Shown piece by piece: positions 29,486 through 39,096 of a stretch of 64,000 nt of DNA (position 1 is the first letter of the stretch; each line of letters begins with the position of its first letter). This stretch comes from Bacilli bacterium (GTDB taxonomy: Bacteria; Bacillota_I; Bacilli_A; RFN20; CAG-826). The stretch is from assembly GCA_041669265.1 (NCBI GenBank), contig JBAYBM010000002.1, forward strand, positions 2,391-66,390. Reading direction: 5' to 3'. The position numbers were made by a program, and so were the translations under genes. Under the pieces are notes generated by a model that searched no databases, was not told the DNA's origin, and worked only from the letters and a program-made list of their open reading frames with translations.

Positions 29486-30448
29486 ATGGTTTATATAGTA
29501 TTTGGCGCACAGCAGATAATGGTTAAAAAACAAATTAGCAAGATAGTTGATGATTATAAAAAAGAGAAGAGTTGTGATGTAATTGATTTTGATGCTAACG
29601 ATACTACTTTTGACGAATTATTAACGGAGTGCTCGCAAATTTCTTTAGGAATGTTTGATAAAGTTATAATTTATAATAATTCTTTATTTTTGACTGCAGC
29701 AAAAACCAAAAAGAATCCATATGATAAAAAAGATTTTGAAGAAATGATTAAGTATTTGAATAACGAAAATCCATCAACTTGTTTAATTTTTGGTTGTGTT
29801 TATAATAAAAAATTAGATTCAAGAAGTAAGATTGTGAAGTGTGTTCAAAATAAAGGAAAGATTATAGAATGCAAAAATTTAGAGGCAAATGATTGGCCTT
29901 TATTTGTTAGAAGGTATTTTGAAAAAAGAAATGTATCCATTGATGAAGATGCAGTAAAAGAAATTGTTAAAAGATGTGATGGAGACTTAAGTATTTTTAA
30001 TAATGAAGTTAATAAATTAGTTTTATACAAAACAAACAATGTTAAATACGAAGATGTTGATAAAATTGTTACGAAACCTTTAAGTAGTAATGTATTTGAT
30101 ATTTTATCTTGTGTCTTATATGGAAAAAAGAACGAAGCAATAAAGATTTATAGAGATCTAAGACTTTCAAAAGTTGAACCAGTCAATTTAATTTCAATAA
30201 TGACTTATTCTTTAATTTTTTTAGATAAAGTTTTGTATTTAAATAATAAAGGATTTAGCAATGTACAAGTGGCTTCTACTTTAAGTTGTTCGCCATATCA
30301 AGTTTTCATTAATTTACATCAATTTGGGCGTATTAATCGAAATAATATCAAACTACTACTTGATAAATTGTTTTATTTAGATAAAAGTATCAAACATAGT
30401 AGTGTAGATAGGTTCTTTGCTTTTGAAAAGTTTATAATCGAATATTAA
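29486..30448 (+). CDS. holA: DNA polymerase III delta subunit
   Basis: 320 aa. The N-terminus (YIVFGAQQIMVKK) and length are typical of HolA, and the position after comEC is conserved (B. subtilis yqeN). Confidence 0.7.
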   Translation: MVYIVFGAQQIMVKKQISKIVDDYKKEKSCDVIDFDANDTTFDELLTECSQISLGMFDKVIIYNNSLFLTAAKTKKNPYDKKDFEEMIKYLNNENPSTCLIFGCVYNKKLDSRSKIVKCVQNKGKIIECKNLEANDWPLFVRRYFEKRNVSIDEDAVKEIVKRCDGDLSIFNNEVNKLVLYKTNNVKYEDVDKIVTKPLSSNVFDILSCVLYGKKNEAIKIYRDLRLSKVEPVNLISIMTYSLIFLDKVLYLNNKGFSNVQVASTLSCSPYQVFINLHQFGRINRNNIKLLLDKLFYLDKSIKHSSVDRFFAFEKFIIEY

Positions 30449-30480
30449 AAAACCTATTCTTAATGAATAGGTTTTATTTT
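30447..30480. terminator. bidirectional intrinsic terminator between holA and rpsT
   Basis: AACCTATTC (30451-30459) pairs with GAATAGGTT (30465-30473). It is flanked by AAAA upstream and TTTTATTTT downstream. Confidence 0.8.
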
Positions 30481-30500
30481 AATAATTATAATTATAAAAT

Positions 30501-30764
30501 TTAGTTAATACTGTTAACTAAATTTTGTAAAGAAGCTTTTTGTCTAGCAGCAGTTTTAGAATGTTCGATTCCCTTTACAACAGCTCTATCAATAATAGAG
30601 AATGCAGCATTTAAACTCTTCATAGCAAGTTCTTTATCTTTAGCATCAACAGCAACTTTAACTTTCTTATAAGCAGATCTTAATTTAGACTTGTAACTAA
30701 TATTTCTTACTCTAGCTTTTTCGTTAGTTTTGTTTCTTTTCTTTTGTGATTTAATGTTTGCCAT
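30501..30764 (-). CDS. rpsT: 30S ribosomal protein S20
   Basis: 87 aa, MANIKSQKKRNKTNEKARVRN..., typical of S20. Confidence 0.95.
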   Translation of the reverse strand: MANIKSQKKRNKTNEKARVRNISYKSKLRSAYKKVKVAVDAKDKELAMKSLNAAFSIIDRAVVKGIEHSKTAARQKASLQNLVNSIN

Positions 30765-30955
30765 AATAAAATCCTTTCAACACGCTATAAAATAATAGTA
30801 AAAATATACCTAAAAGTCAATACAAAAGTATTATTTATTATAAGTAATTTTTATTTAATTATGTTGCTACTTCCTTATCAATTTATATTTGATTAGTACA
30901 TATTTTATTATTAAAACAAATTATTATCTAGTATAATATTTTTGAGGTTATTAGT

Positions 30956-31894
30956 ATGGACAAAAAAGATTTAAGAATATTGTTTTTAGGAACACCAGAA
31001 ATTAGTGCAGTTGTTTTAGAGAATCTCATTATCAACGGATATAACATAGTTGGTATTGTAGCACAGCAAGATAAACCTATTGGTAGAAAACAAATTGTTT
31101 CGGCTGTTCCAACGAAAGTAGTTGGTTTTAAGTATGGAATCAAAGTATATCAGCCAGTTAAAATAAGATTAGATTTTTCATTTGTCAAAGATATTAATCC
31201 TGATTTAATTTTAACCTTAGCTTATGGTCAATTAATACCACACGAAATGCTTGAGATACCAAAGTATGGGTGTTTAAATCTTCATGGTTCATTATTGCCT
31301 AAATATAGGGGGGCAGCTCCAATTCAGTTTGCTTTATTAAATGGCGAAAAAAAGACAGGCATTACACTAATGGAAATGGTTGATAAAATGGATGCAGGGA
31401 AAATGTATCTTAAGAAAGAAGTCGATATAATAGACGATGATAATTATGATTCATTAGTCACAAAACTTGAAGGTTGTGCATATAATTGTTTTGACGAAGG
31501 AATACAAGATTATATTGATGGTAAAAATAAAGGGATAGAACAAAATGAAGATGATGCTACTTTTACAAGAAAAATAAATGAAGAAGATCAAATAATTAAT
31601 TTTGATAATAGTGCATTTGAAATTCATAACAAAATTAGAGCACTTTCTTGTAATCCTGGAGTTTATTTTAGTTTTCATAATGAAAAAATAAAAGTTTTTA
31701 AATCAATTGTAGAAGATGGCGTTTATGAAGTTGGTAAAATTATTAAATACGATAAAAACGGCCTTTTAATCGGAACTAAAAATGGTGCTTTGTTGATTAC
31801 TGAACTTCAAAAACCAGGTAAAAGAATTCTAAAAATAAATGATTTCTATAATGGAAATCAAAAACTATTTGTTCCTGGAGAAAATCTAATATAA
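30956..31894 (+). CDS. fmt: methionyl-tRNA formyltransferase
   Basis: 312 aa with motifs FLGTPE and NLHGSLLPKYRGAAPIQ. Confidence 0.93.
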   Translation: MDKKDLRILFLGTPEISAVVLENLIINGYNIVGIVAQQDKPIGRKQIVSAVPTKVVGFKYGIKVYQPVKIRLDFSFVKDINPDLILTLAYGQLIPHEMLEIPKYGCLNLHGSLLPKYRGAAPIQFALLNGEKKTGITLMEMVDKMDAGKMYLKKEVDIIDDDNYDSLVTKLEGCAYNCFDEGIQDYIDGKNKGIEQNEDDATFTRKINEEDQIINFDNSAFEIHNKIRALSCNPGVYFSFHNEKIKVFKSIVEDGVYEVGKIIKYDKNGLLIGTKNGALLITELQKPGKRILKINDFYNGNQKLFVPGENLI

Positions 31895-31900
31895 ACTAAT

Positions 31901-34240
31901 ATGCTTATAGATTTAAGTGTCCATCAACTTGTAGATTTGTTATTGCGTACTGGGGATATTGATACCCGTTATTTTAATACCGGGACAATGCAAGAGGGCA
32001 GTAAATTACATAAAGAATATCAAGATAGTCATAAAACAGTTAATTTTCAAAGTGAAGTTGACCTGGTAGATACTATTAAGATTGATAAAAATATAGTCCA
32101 TTTTCATGGAAGAGCTGATGCGATTTCTCTAAATATAGATAATTTGCCTATTATCGAAGAAATAAAAACAACAAACGACGAAATAAGAGAATTTTTTGAT
32201 CAAAATGAACAATGGCATCTTGGTCAAGCAATTTGTTATGCATATATGTATGCTAAAAAATATAAAAAAAAGAAGGTAGGTGTTAAACTAATTTATCTTT
32301 CACAAATTAAAAAAGATTATTTTTCGAAAGAGTACTTTTTTACCTTTAAAGAATTAGAGGAATATGTTTATTCATTAATATCTAAATACCTAGACTTCTA
32401 CTTATTTATAACTAAAAAAATACTAATTCGAAATAAATCGATTTTAAAATCTAATTTTCCTTTTGAATATAGAAAAGGTCAAAAAAGTATAATTGATACT
32501 ACTAAAGAAACTATAGAAAATAACGATATTTCTTTTATTGAAGCAGCTACTGGATTAGGGAAAAGTTTATCTGTTTTGTTTGGAGCACTAAAAGGAATGG
32601 AAAAAGGTAATGTGGAACATATATTTTTCTTATGTGCTAAAAATAGTGGGTTTGATAGTGCTTCTGAAGCTGCATATATTTTAAAAGATTCTGGAATTAA
32701 GTTTTCTTTTTGTGAATTATATGCAAAAGAAAAAATGTGCTTAAATTCTAAAAGAGAGTGTAACCCAGATTCTTGTCCATATGCTAAAGGATACTTTGAT
32801 AAAAGAATAAAAATACTTGAGGAAAGTATTGTTTCTTTTAATGATTTTACAAGCAATAGAATAAAAGAAATTGCTAAAAAAAATAAGGTTTGTGCTTTTG
32901 AATTGTCTTTAGATCTATCGTTATATTGCGATGTAATTATTTGTGATTATAACTATATATTTAATCCAATCAGTTATTTAAAAAGATTCTTGGACGCTCC
33001 AGATAGTAAAATAAAAATATTCTTACTTGTAGATGAAGCTCATAACCTTATTCAACGTACTAAAGAAATGTTTAGCATTTCATTATCTTATTCACAATAC
33101 AAAAAAGCCCGATTGCATCTTAATAAACTTAATGATAAGAAATTAAAAGAAACAATTAAAAAACTAAACCAAGATTTTCTCTTGTTTAAACGTTTTGAAT
33201 ATGAAGAGGAATCTAATTATTGCTTAATTCAAGATTTGGATGACGATTTTATTTATCACTTAAATTCATTAACTGAAGATGTTAGAAGATATGAAAGAGG
33301 GCATAGAAAATTTAATGATGAGGCAATTAAAGAATATTCTTTAGAAGTTTTTAAATTTTTAACTATTTATAGTTTTTACAACCAAACTTTTAAGATATTT
33401 CTCAAAAAGATTGATGATGACTTTGAAATTAACATTTATTGTTTAGATGCTAGTCAATTTAATAAAGAAATATTGTCAAAAATGAGTGGTGCTGTGTTTT
33501 TTAGTGGTACTTTAAATCCGATTGAATATTATGAAAAGCTCATAACTAATTCGAGTGATTATAAATTTATAAGTTTAAAATCACCTTTTCCAAAGAAAAA
33601 TTTTGATTTAATTGTAAATAATTCAATTTCTATTAGGTATAAAAATAGAGACAGCACTTTGCCTAAAGTAGCAAAATATATTATTTCTTTAGCAAATAAT
33701 AAAATTGGAAATTATATTGTATTTGTCCCATCTTTTGACTATTTAAAAAAACTTAAAAATAGTAAATTTTTGTCTACAATTAATACAATATATCAAACCA
33801 ATCAAATGACTACTTTTGAAAAAGATAAATTTTTATCTAATTTTGAATTCAAGCCAAACAAAACAACGGTTGGAATTTGTGTTTTAGGTGGATCTTTTAG
33901 TGAAGGGATTGATTTGGTTGATGATAGATTAATCGGTGTAGTTATAGTTGGAGTAGGGTTGCCTTGTGTTTGTTTTGAAAACAATCTTCAAAAAGAATAT
34001 TTTGATTCTAATGGTTATGATGGGTTTTTATATGCATATACTAATCCTGGCATGAACAAAGTAATGCAAGCAGTTGGCAGACTAATAAGAAGTGAAAAGG
34101 ATCGTGGTGTAGCTCTTTTAATTGATGATAGGTATTTTTATAAGACCTATAGTCAATATTTTGTGAGTTCTTGGGTAGATTTTAAGAAAATTACTTCTCT
34201 TGATGCTTTTGGCAAGGAAATTAAAAGTTTTTTCAAATAA
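31901..34240 (+). CDS. fusion of a PD-(D/E)XK (RecB/Cas4-like) nuclease domain and an XPD/DinG-family Fe-S helicase
   Basis: N-terminal domain: GRADAI ... IEEIKTT ... GQAICYAYMY (D, ExK and QxxxY motifs). Helicase domain: Walker A EAATGLGKS, DEAH box VDEAHNL, a four-Cys cluster FCELYAKEKMCLNSKRECNPDSCPY, and C-terminal MQAVGRLIRSEKDRG. Confidence 0.8.
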   Translation: MLIDLSVHQLVDLLLRTGDIDTRYFNTGTMQEGSKLHKEYQDSHKTVNFQSEVDLVDTIKIDKNIVHFHGRADAISLNIDNLPIIEEIKTTNDEIREFFDQNEQWHLGQAICYAYMYAKKYKKKKVGVKLIYLSQIKKDYFSKEYFFTFKELEEYVYSLISKYLDFYLFITKKILIRNKSILKSNFPFEYRKGQKSIIDTTKETIENNDISFIEAATGLGKSLSVLFGALKGMEKGNVEHIFFLCAKNSGFDSASEAAYILKDSGIKFSFCELYAKEKMCLNSKRECNPDSCPYAKGYFDKRIKILEESIVSFNDFTSNRIKEIAKKNKVCAFELSLDLSLYCDVIICDYNYIFNPISYLKRFLDAPDSKIKIFLLVDEAHNLIQRTKEMFSISLSYSQYKKARLHLNKLNDKKLKETIKKLNQDFLLFKRFEYEEESNYCLIQDLDDDFIYHLNSLTEDVRRYERGHRKFNDEAIKEYSLEVFKFLTIYSFYNQTFKIFLKKIDDDFEINIYCLDASQFNKEILSKMSGAVFFSGTLNPIEYYEKLITNSSDYKFISLKSPFPKKNFDLIVNNSISIRYKNRDSTLPKVAKYIISLANNKIGNYIVFVPSFDYLKKLKNSKFLSTINTIYQTNQMTTFEKDKFLSNFEFKPNKTTVGICVLGGSFSEGIDLVDDRLIGVVIVGVGLPCVCFENNLQKEYFDSNGYDGFLYAYTNPGMNKVMQAVGRLIRSEKDRGVALLIDDRYFYKTYSQYFVSSWVDFKKITSLDAFGKEIKSFFK

Positions 34241-34305
34241 TGAATAATTAAATTAATATATTTAGATACTGCAAAATCTTTTAAAAATATGCGATAATAA
34301 CAAAC

Positions 34306-36123
34306 ATGAATTACGACAAAAAGAAAATTAGAAATTTTTCTATTATTGCTCATATTGACCATGGTAAATCAACTTTGGCTGATAGAATTTTGGAATTAAC
34401 AAATACAATTACAAAAAGAGAAATGGTTAATCAAGTTTTAGATTCAATGGATTTGGAACGTGAAAGAGGAATAACTATTAAACTAAATGCTGTAACTGTT
34501 GAATATAATGCAGATGATGGGAACACATATATTTTTAATTTGATTGATACCCCAGGGCATGTTGATTTTACTTATGAAGTTTCTCGTTCTTTAGCTGCAT
34601 GTGAGGGTGCTATTTTAGTTGTAGATGCAACTCAAGGAGTTGAAGCTCAAACATTAGCAAATATGTATTTAGCAGTTGATAATGATTTAACTATTATTCC
34701 TGTTATTAATAAAATAGATTTAAAGAGTGCTATGGTTGATCTTTGCCGAAAAGAAATTAGCGATAGAATTGGATTAGATGGCGATGCAGCTATTCCAATT
34801 AGTGCTAAAACTGGACAAAATGTAAAAGATGTTTTAGAAAGAATTGTTAAAGACATTCCTGCTCCATTGGGTGATAATAATAATCCATTAAAGGCATTAA
34901 TATTTGATAGTTACTATGATTCTTATCGTGGTGTTGTAATTTTAATTAGGGTAAAAGATGGATGTGTTCATGTTGGTGATGAGATACATTTAATGACAAA
35001 TAATCAAGATTATGTCGTTACAGAACTTGGTATTAGAACTCCTAACGAAATTAAATCTGATGCGCTTTTTTGTGGAGAAGTTGGATATTTATGTGCACAA
35101 ATTCGTGATATTAAAGATGTAATGGTTGGTGATACAGTAACTTTAAAAAATAATCCAGCAAAAGAAAAATTACCAGGATATAGAAAGATAAATCCTATGG
35201 TTTATTGCGGAATATATCCTACTGATAGTCGTAAATACGAAGATTTAAAAGAAGCTTTAGAAAAGTTGTCTTTAAATGATGCTTCATTAACTTATGAACC
35301 TGAATCATCACAAGATTTAGGTTTTGGCTTTAGATGTGGCTTTTTAGGATTACTACATATGGATGTCGTTCAAGAAAGATTAGAAAGAGAATATCAATTA
35401 GATTTGATTTTAACCGCACCCAACGTTATTTATAAGTGTTTGTTAACAAGTGGTGAAGTGATTAAAATTTATAATCCATCCCAATTACCTGATGTTACAA
35501 AAGTAGAAGGAATAGAAGAGCCTTTTGTTAAAATAGAAATAATGACTCCAAAGGAATATGTTGGTACAACCATGGAGTTATGCCAAGATCGTAGAGGAAT
35601 TTATAAAGATTTGGTTTATTTTGATGATTTTAGAATGATTTTGACATACGAGATGCCTTTAAGCGAAATAATATTTAACTTTTTTGATACTTTAAAAAGC
35701 TTTACAAAAGGGTATGCTTCGTTGGATTATGAAATTTTAGATTATAGATTGTCTAATCTTGTTAAAATGGATATTCTTTTAAACGGAAAGATTGTCGATG
35801 CCTTAAGTTCTATTGTTTATAAACCTTTCGCTTTTAATAGGGGTACCAAGTTAGTAAGTAAACTAAAAGAAGTTATACCAAGGCAACAATTTGAAGTTCC
35901 TATCCAAGCGGCCATAAACGGTAAAGTTATTGCTAGAGCAGATTTGAAAGCAGTTAGAAAAGATGTTTTAGCAAAATGTTATGGTGGAGATATTTCTAGA
36001 AAGCGAAAATTATTGGATAAGCAAAAAGAGGGAAAAAAGAGAATGAAAGCGATTGGTTCGATTGAAGTTCCACAAGAAGCTTTCATGTCAATCTTGTCAA
36101 TTGATGATGATGATAAAAAATGA
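34306..36123 (+). CDS. lepA: elongation factor 4 (LepA)
   Basis: 605 aa with [20 protein letters not shown] and DTPGHVDF motifs and the LepA C-terminal domain. Confidence 0.95.
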   Translation: MNYDKKKIRNFSIIAHIDHGKSTLADRILELTNTITKREMVNQVLDSMDLERERGITIKLNAVTVEYNADDGNTYIFNLIDTPGHVDFTYEVSRSLAACEGAILVVDATQGVEAQTLANMYLAVDNDLTIIPVINKIDLKSAMVDLCRKEISDRIGLDGDAAIPISAKTGQNVKDVLERIVKDIPAPLGDNNNPLKALIFDSYYDSYRGVVILIRVKDGCVHVGDEIHLMTNNQDYVVTELGIRTPNEIKSDALFCGEVGYLCAQIRDIKDVMVGDTVTLKNNPAKEKLPGYRKINPMVYCGIYPTDSRKYEDLKEALEKLSLNDASLTYEPESSQDLGFGFRCGFLGLLHMDVVQERLEREYQLDLILTAPNVIYKCLLTSGEVIKIYNPSQLPDVTKVEGIEEPFVKIEIMTPKEYVGTTMELCQDRRGIYKDLVYFDDFRMILTYEMPLSEIIFNFFDTLKSFTKGYASLDYEILDYRLSNLVKMDILLNGKIVDALSSIVYKPFAFNRGTKLVSKLKEVIPRQQFEVPIQAAINGKVIARADLKAVRKDVLAKCYGGDISRKRKLLDKQKEGKKRMKAIGSIEVPQEAFMSILSIDDDDKK

Positions 36124-36211
36124 TAGTAGATATTTAGTAATTTTATAGTTAAAGCAATTGTAAAACTTTGTTTTGGTATTTATAATAATAAAGGTTGAAG
36201 GAGAATCATAT

Positions 36212-37630
36212 ATGAATAATGTAGAGATAGCTAGCAAATTCAGCAATGAGAAGTATTGTACACACAAAGAGGTAATGGAAGAGTTAAAAATGCCATTAAT
36301 TGATGGTATTTGGAATACAATTCTTGAGTATAGGTCTCATTTTGTGCATGTGTTGAATTTAAAACATATTAATGGAACAAAATACAATGTTTGTTTAACT
36401 CCAACTATTTCAGATAAAGTTAATAACATCGAAAGAAAGTTGATGAAAATAATGGCAACTTATTTAAAGATGAATAACTTAGCAGAAAAAGACGTTTTTA
36501 GATTTAGTTCTTATGAGCTAATACTTAAGAGTATAGCTGAAAAATATAGTTTAAAAGTTGATGATGATGTTATTCATAATATTGTAAGTGGCAACGCTTC
36601 TTCTTTATCACCAGACTTAATGATTCTTAATAGATATTTCAATTGTTTGGTGTATATTGAAAATAATCCTGATGAAGAAATTAATGATAATTTTTATGGT
36701 AAATTATACTCCTTACTTCTTGGAACCGATGAATTAACTCAATTCTATAGAGAAAATGAAGTAGATAATGCTTATAGTAAGGTATTAATCGGTAAATTAT
36801 ATTTAGGTGTTCCTACTAGCACAATTGAAGATAATATGGATCAATTGGTTAATTTTATTAAAACTAGTGATTGCTCTATGATTGTTAAGGCTGCAGTAGC
36901 ATATTATTTCTTTATTTACGTTAAACCTTTTGAAAGTTATTCCGAAGAATTAGCTTTATTAACATTTAAAAAGATTTTATGCTTAAGTGATTTAGGTGGT
37001 GTAGCTTCTTTATTAAATTTTGAGAAATTATTTGCTAATAAGGATGAAATGGAAAAATATATTCTTGAATCACAAAAAACATTTGATTTAACCTATGTTT
37101 TAAACTATATAATTAGATTAACTGAGCCTTATTTAGAGGAAGCATTAGATTTACTTTCTGAAGCCCAAAGAACTGTTATTAAAGGTGAAATATATCAATC
37201 TGAAGAGAAGAATATTTTAAATAAGACTCCAAGCGTAAACCAAAGCAATGCTGAGTCTTTTAACAATGTTGCTGAAGAATTTAAGAAAGTTCAAAATCCT
37301 AATACAAATACAACTAACAGTGCAAGTTCATTAAGTTTTTCACAAAGTATTGCTATTAATAATCTTCCAACTGGATTAAATGAAGAAGATGCAGAAAACT
37401 TAGAAAATCATTTAATTGAAATGAATCCAAATTTAAGTCGTGGTCAAGCATATTTCTATGCTAGACATTGTACTTTAGGAATGAATTATACTATCTCACA
37501 ATACAAGAAAAATTTAGGCTGTGCATATGAAACAGCTAGAAGTAGTATGGATCATCTCGTTTATTTAGGTTATTATCGTAAAGAATTGTTAAAAAATAAA
37601 TTTATTTATACACCTGTTAAGAAAGGATAA
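36212..37630 (+). CDS. hypothetical protein with a Fic-like fold, a degenerate active-site motif and a C-terminal wHTH-like region
   Basis: The ATG at 36212 follows the SD GAAGGAG. The segment IVKAAVAYYFFIYVKPFESYSEELALLTF occupies the place of Fic's ...H..F..IHPFxDGNGRxxRLL. The C-terminal segment SRGQAYFYARHCTLGMNYTISQYKKNLGCAYETARSSMDHLVYLGYY resembles the wHTH tail of many Fic proteins. Confidence 0.5.
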   Translation: MNNVEIASKFSNEKYCTHKEVMEELKMPLIDGIWNTILEYRSHFVHVLNLKHINGTKYNVCLTPTISDKVNNIERKLMKIMATYLKMNNLAEKDVFRFSSYELILKSIAEKYSLKVDDDVIHNIVSGNASSLSPDLMILNRYFNCLVYIENNPDEEINDNFYGKLYSLLLGTDELTQFYRENEVDNAYSKVLIGKLYLGVPTSTIEDNMDQLVNFIKTSDCSMIVKAAVAYYFFIYVKPFESYSEELALLTFKKILCLSDLGGVASLLNFEKLFANKDEMEKYILESQKTFDLTYVLNYIIRLTEPYLEEALDLLSEAQRTVIKGEIYQSEEKNILNKTPSVNQSNAESFNNVAEEFKKVQNPNTNTTNSASSLSFSQSIAINNLPTGLNEEDAENLENHLIEMNPNLSRGQAYFYARHCTLGMNYTISQYKKNLGCAYETARSSMDHLVYLGYYRKELLKNKFIYTPVKKG

Positions 37631-37635
37631 ATTAT

Positions 37636-37896
37636 ATGATTATTTTAATTTCTACTGGTGCAACTTTAGGTATTATCCTTGGTTGCTTTGCATTAATTGC
37701 ATTATTGGTTTTACTTGCTAGGAAGCTTTTGCATCTTTCAAAAAAAGAAAAACCTGATGAGAAGAAAGTAGCAGAGGAAAACTTAAATCGATATTTAGAA
37801 GATGTTGATGATAAAGAAACACAAAAACAATTTGATGAATTTGAAAAGAAAAAAGAAGAAGAAGAAAATACAAAAAATAATGAAAAGAAAGATTAA
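37636..37896 (+). CDS. small single-pass membrane protein with a Lys/Glu-rich tail
   Basis: 86 aa. It starts 5 nt after the previous stop. There is an N-terminal hydrophobic helix (IILISTGATLGIILGCFALIALLVLLA) and then a charged tail. Its 3' end overlaps the hemW start by 17 nt. Confidence 0.5.
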   Translation: MIILISTGATLGIILGCFALIALLVLLARKLLHLSKKEKPDEKKVAEENLNRYLEDVDDKETQKQFDEFEKKKEEEENTKNNEKKD

Positions 37897-38974
37897 TAGC
37901 CTTTATATTCATATTCCTTTTTGTAAAAGTATTTGTCCTTATTGTGATTTTTGTAAGATTATATATAACGAAAATTATGAGGACTTATATATAAAGCAAC
38001 TAATGAAAGATCTATCCGTTACTAAAGATAGATTTTTTAAGTTTAAAACAATTTATATTGGTGGTGGAACTCCATCTATATTAAAGAATAACAATCTTAA
38101 ACAACTACTTAGTTATTGCAAAACAATGCTTTTTAAAGGTGGAGAGTTTACGATTGAAGCTAATCCTGAAGATATAAATGATGATTTTCTTGAAATATGT
38201 CAAAGTAATGGAATAAATAGGATCTCTATTGGAATCCAAACTTTTAATAATAAATTGCTAGATGTATTGCATAGAAATTATGGTCTTGATATAAACTCTC
38301 TCATTAAAAATGTTAAAAAATACATAAAAAATATAAATGTTGATTTAATATACGGCCTTCCAGGAGAAAATCTTTCAATTTTAAAAGAAGATTTGAATAA
38401 TTTTATTAAATTAAATATTAACCATATTTCAACTTATAGTTTATCTATAAACAAAGGGACTGAATTTTATAATAAAAAAATTAATCAAATAACTGAAGAT
38501 GACAGTGCGGATTATTATAATGAGATATTAAAATTTTTAAGAAATAAAGGGTTTGTTAGATATGAAGTATCAAATTTTGCAATACGTGGTTTTGAAAGTA
38601 AACATAATATAAATTATTGGCGTAACAAAGAATATGTCGGTCTTGGTCTTGGTAGTAGTGGTTATGTTGCTGACGAAAGATATACAAATACTAGAAATAT
38701 AAATGAATATTGTAACGGAATAAATAAATTAGAAAAGGAAAAGATATCTTTAAATATACTAAAAGAATACTATTTTATTACTAATTTAAGATTATCAGAT
38801 GGTTTTAGTTTAAAAGAATATAAGCATATTTTTAAAAAAGATTTTCTTGAAGAATACTCAAAAGAAATACACTTTTTTATCAAAAACAAAATACTTATTA
38901 TAAATAAGGATAGAGTAAAGTGTTCAGATTATGGGCTTATTACTTTAGACGACGTTTTACTAGCTTTAATTTAG
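37880..38974 (+). CDS. hemW: radical SAM heme chaperone HemW (HemN-like, oxygen-independent coproporphyrinogen oxidase family)
   Basis: The start MKRKINSLYIHIPFCKSICPYCDF carries the CxxxCxxC radical SAM motif, and GGGTPS follows. The track start at 37802 is an upstream extension. Confidence 0.88.
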   Translation: MKRKINSLYIHIPFCKSICPYCDFCKIIYNENYEDLYIKQLMKDLSVTKDRFFKFKTIYIGGGTPSILKNNNLKQLLSYCKTMLFKGGEFTIEANPEDINDDFLEICQSNGINRISIGIQTFNNKLLDVLHRNYGLDINSLIKNVKKYIKNINVDLIYGLPGENLSILKEDLNNFIKLNINHISTYSLSINKGTEFYNKKINQITEDDSADYYNEILKFLRNKGFVRYEVSNFAIRGFESKHNINYWRNKEYVGLGLGSSGYVADERYTNTRNINEYCNGINKLEKEKISLNILKEYYFITNLRLSDGFSLKEYKHIFKKDFLEEYSKEIHFFIKNKILIINKDRVKCSDYGLITLDDVLLALI

Positions 38975-39009
38975 TTAAAATTAATCGATAAAATCGAATT
39001 TTTTAAAAT

Positions 39010-39036
39010 TTAGCAATTAATTGTTGACACTGCTAA
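39010..39036 (+). promoter_or_regulatory. degenerate second CIRCE-like inverted repeat overlapping the -35 box
   Basis: TTAGCAATT-N9-CACTGCTAA matches the consensus TTAGCACTC-N9-GAGTGCTAA at 7/9 plus 7/9 positions, with an exact 9-nt spacer. Confidence 0.4.
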
Positions 39037-39051
39037 TTATTTTTGTATAAT
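39024..39051 (+). promoter_or_regulatory. sigma-A promoter of the hrcA-grpE-dnaK-dnaJ operon
   Basis: -35 TTGACA (39024-39029), a 16-nt spacer, and an extended -10 TGTATAAT (TATAAT at 39046-39051). Confidence 0.7.
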
Positions 39052-39055
39052 ATTA

Positions 39056-39082
39056 TTAGCACTTAGGTAAAAAGAGTGCTAG
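39056..39082 (+). promoter_or_regulatory. CIRCE operator (HrcA binding site)
   Basis: TTAGCACTT-AGGTAAAAA-GAGTGCTAG matches each half of the consensus at 8/9 positions with an N9 spacer. It lies between the -10 box and the hrcA SD. Confidence 0.9.
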
Positions 39083-39096
39083 AGAGGGAGACTTAA

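Noticed and set aside
32479-32856. 125-aa antisense ORF inside the nuclease-helicase gene
   Set aside because: It is the mirror frame of the Walker A/Fe-S region of a clearly coding gene. It has no motifs or RBS.
37820-37900. Apparent AAG/GAA tandem repeat
   Set aside because: This is coding low complexity, the Lys/Glu tail of the 86-aa protein. There is no regular unit or flanking repeat structure.
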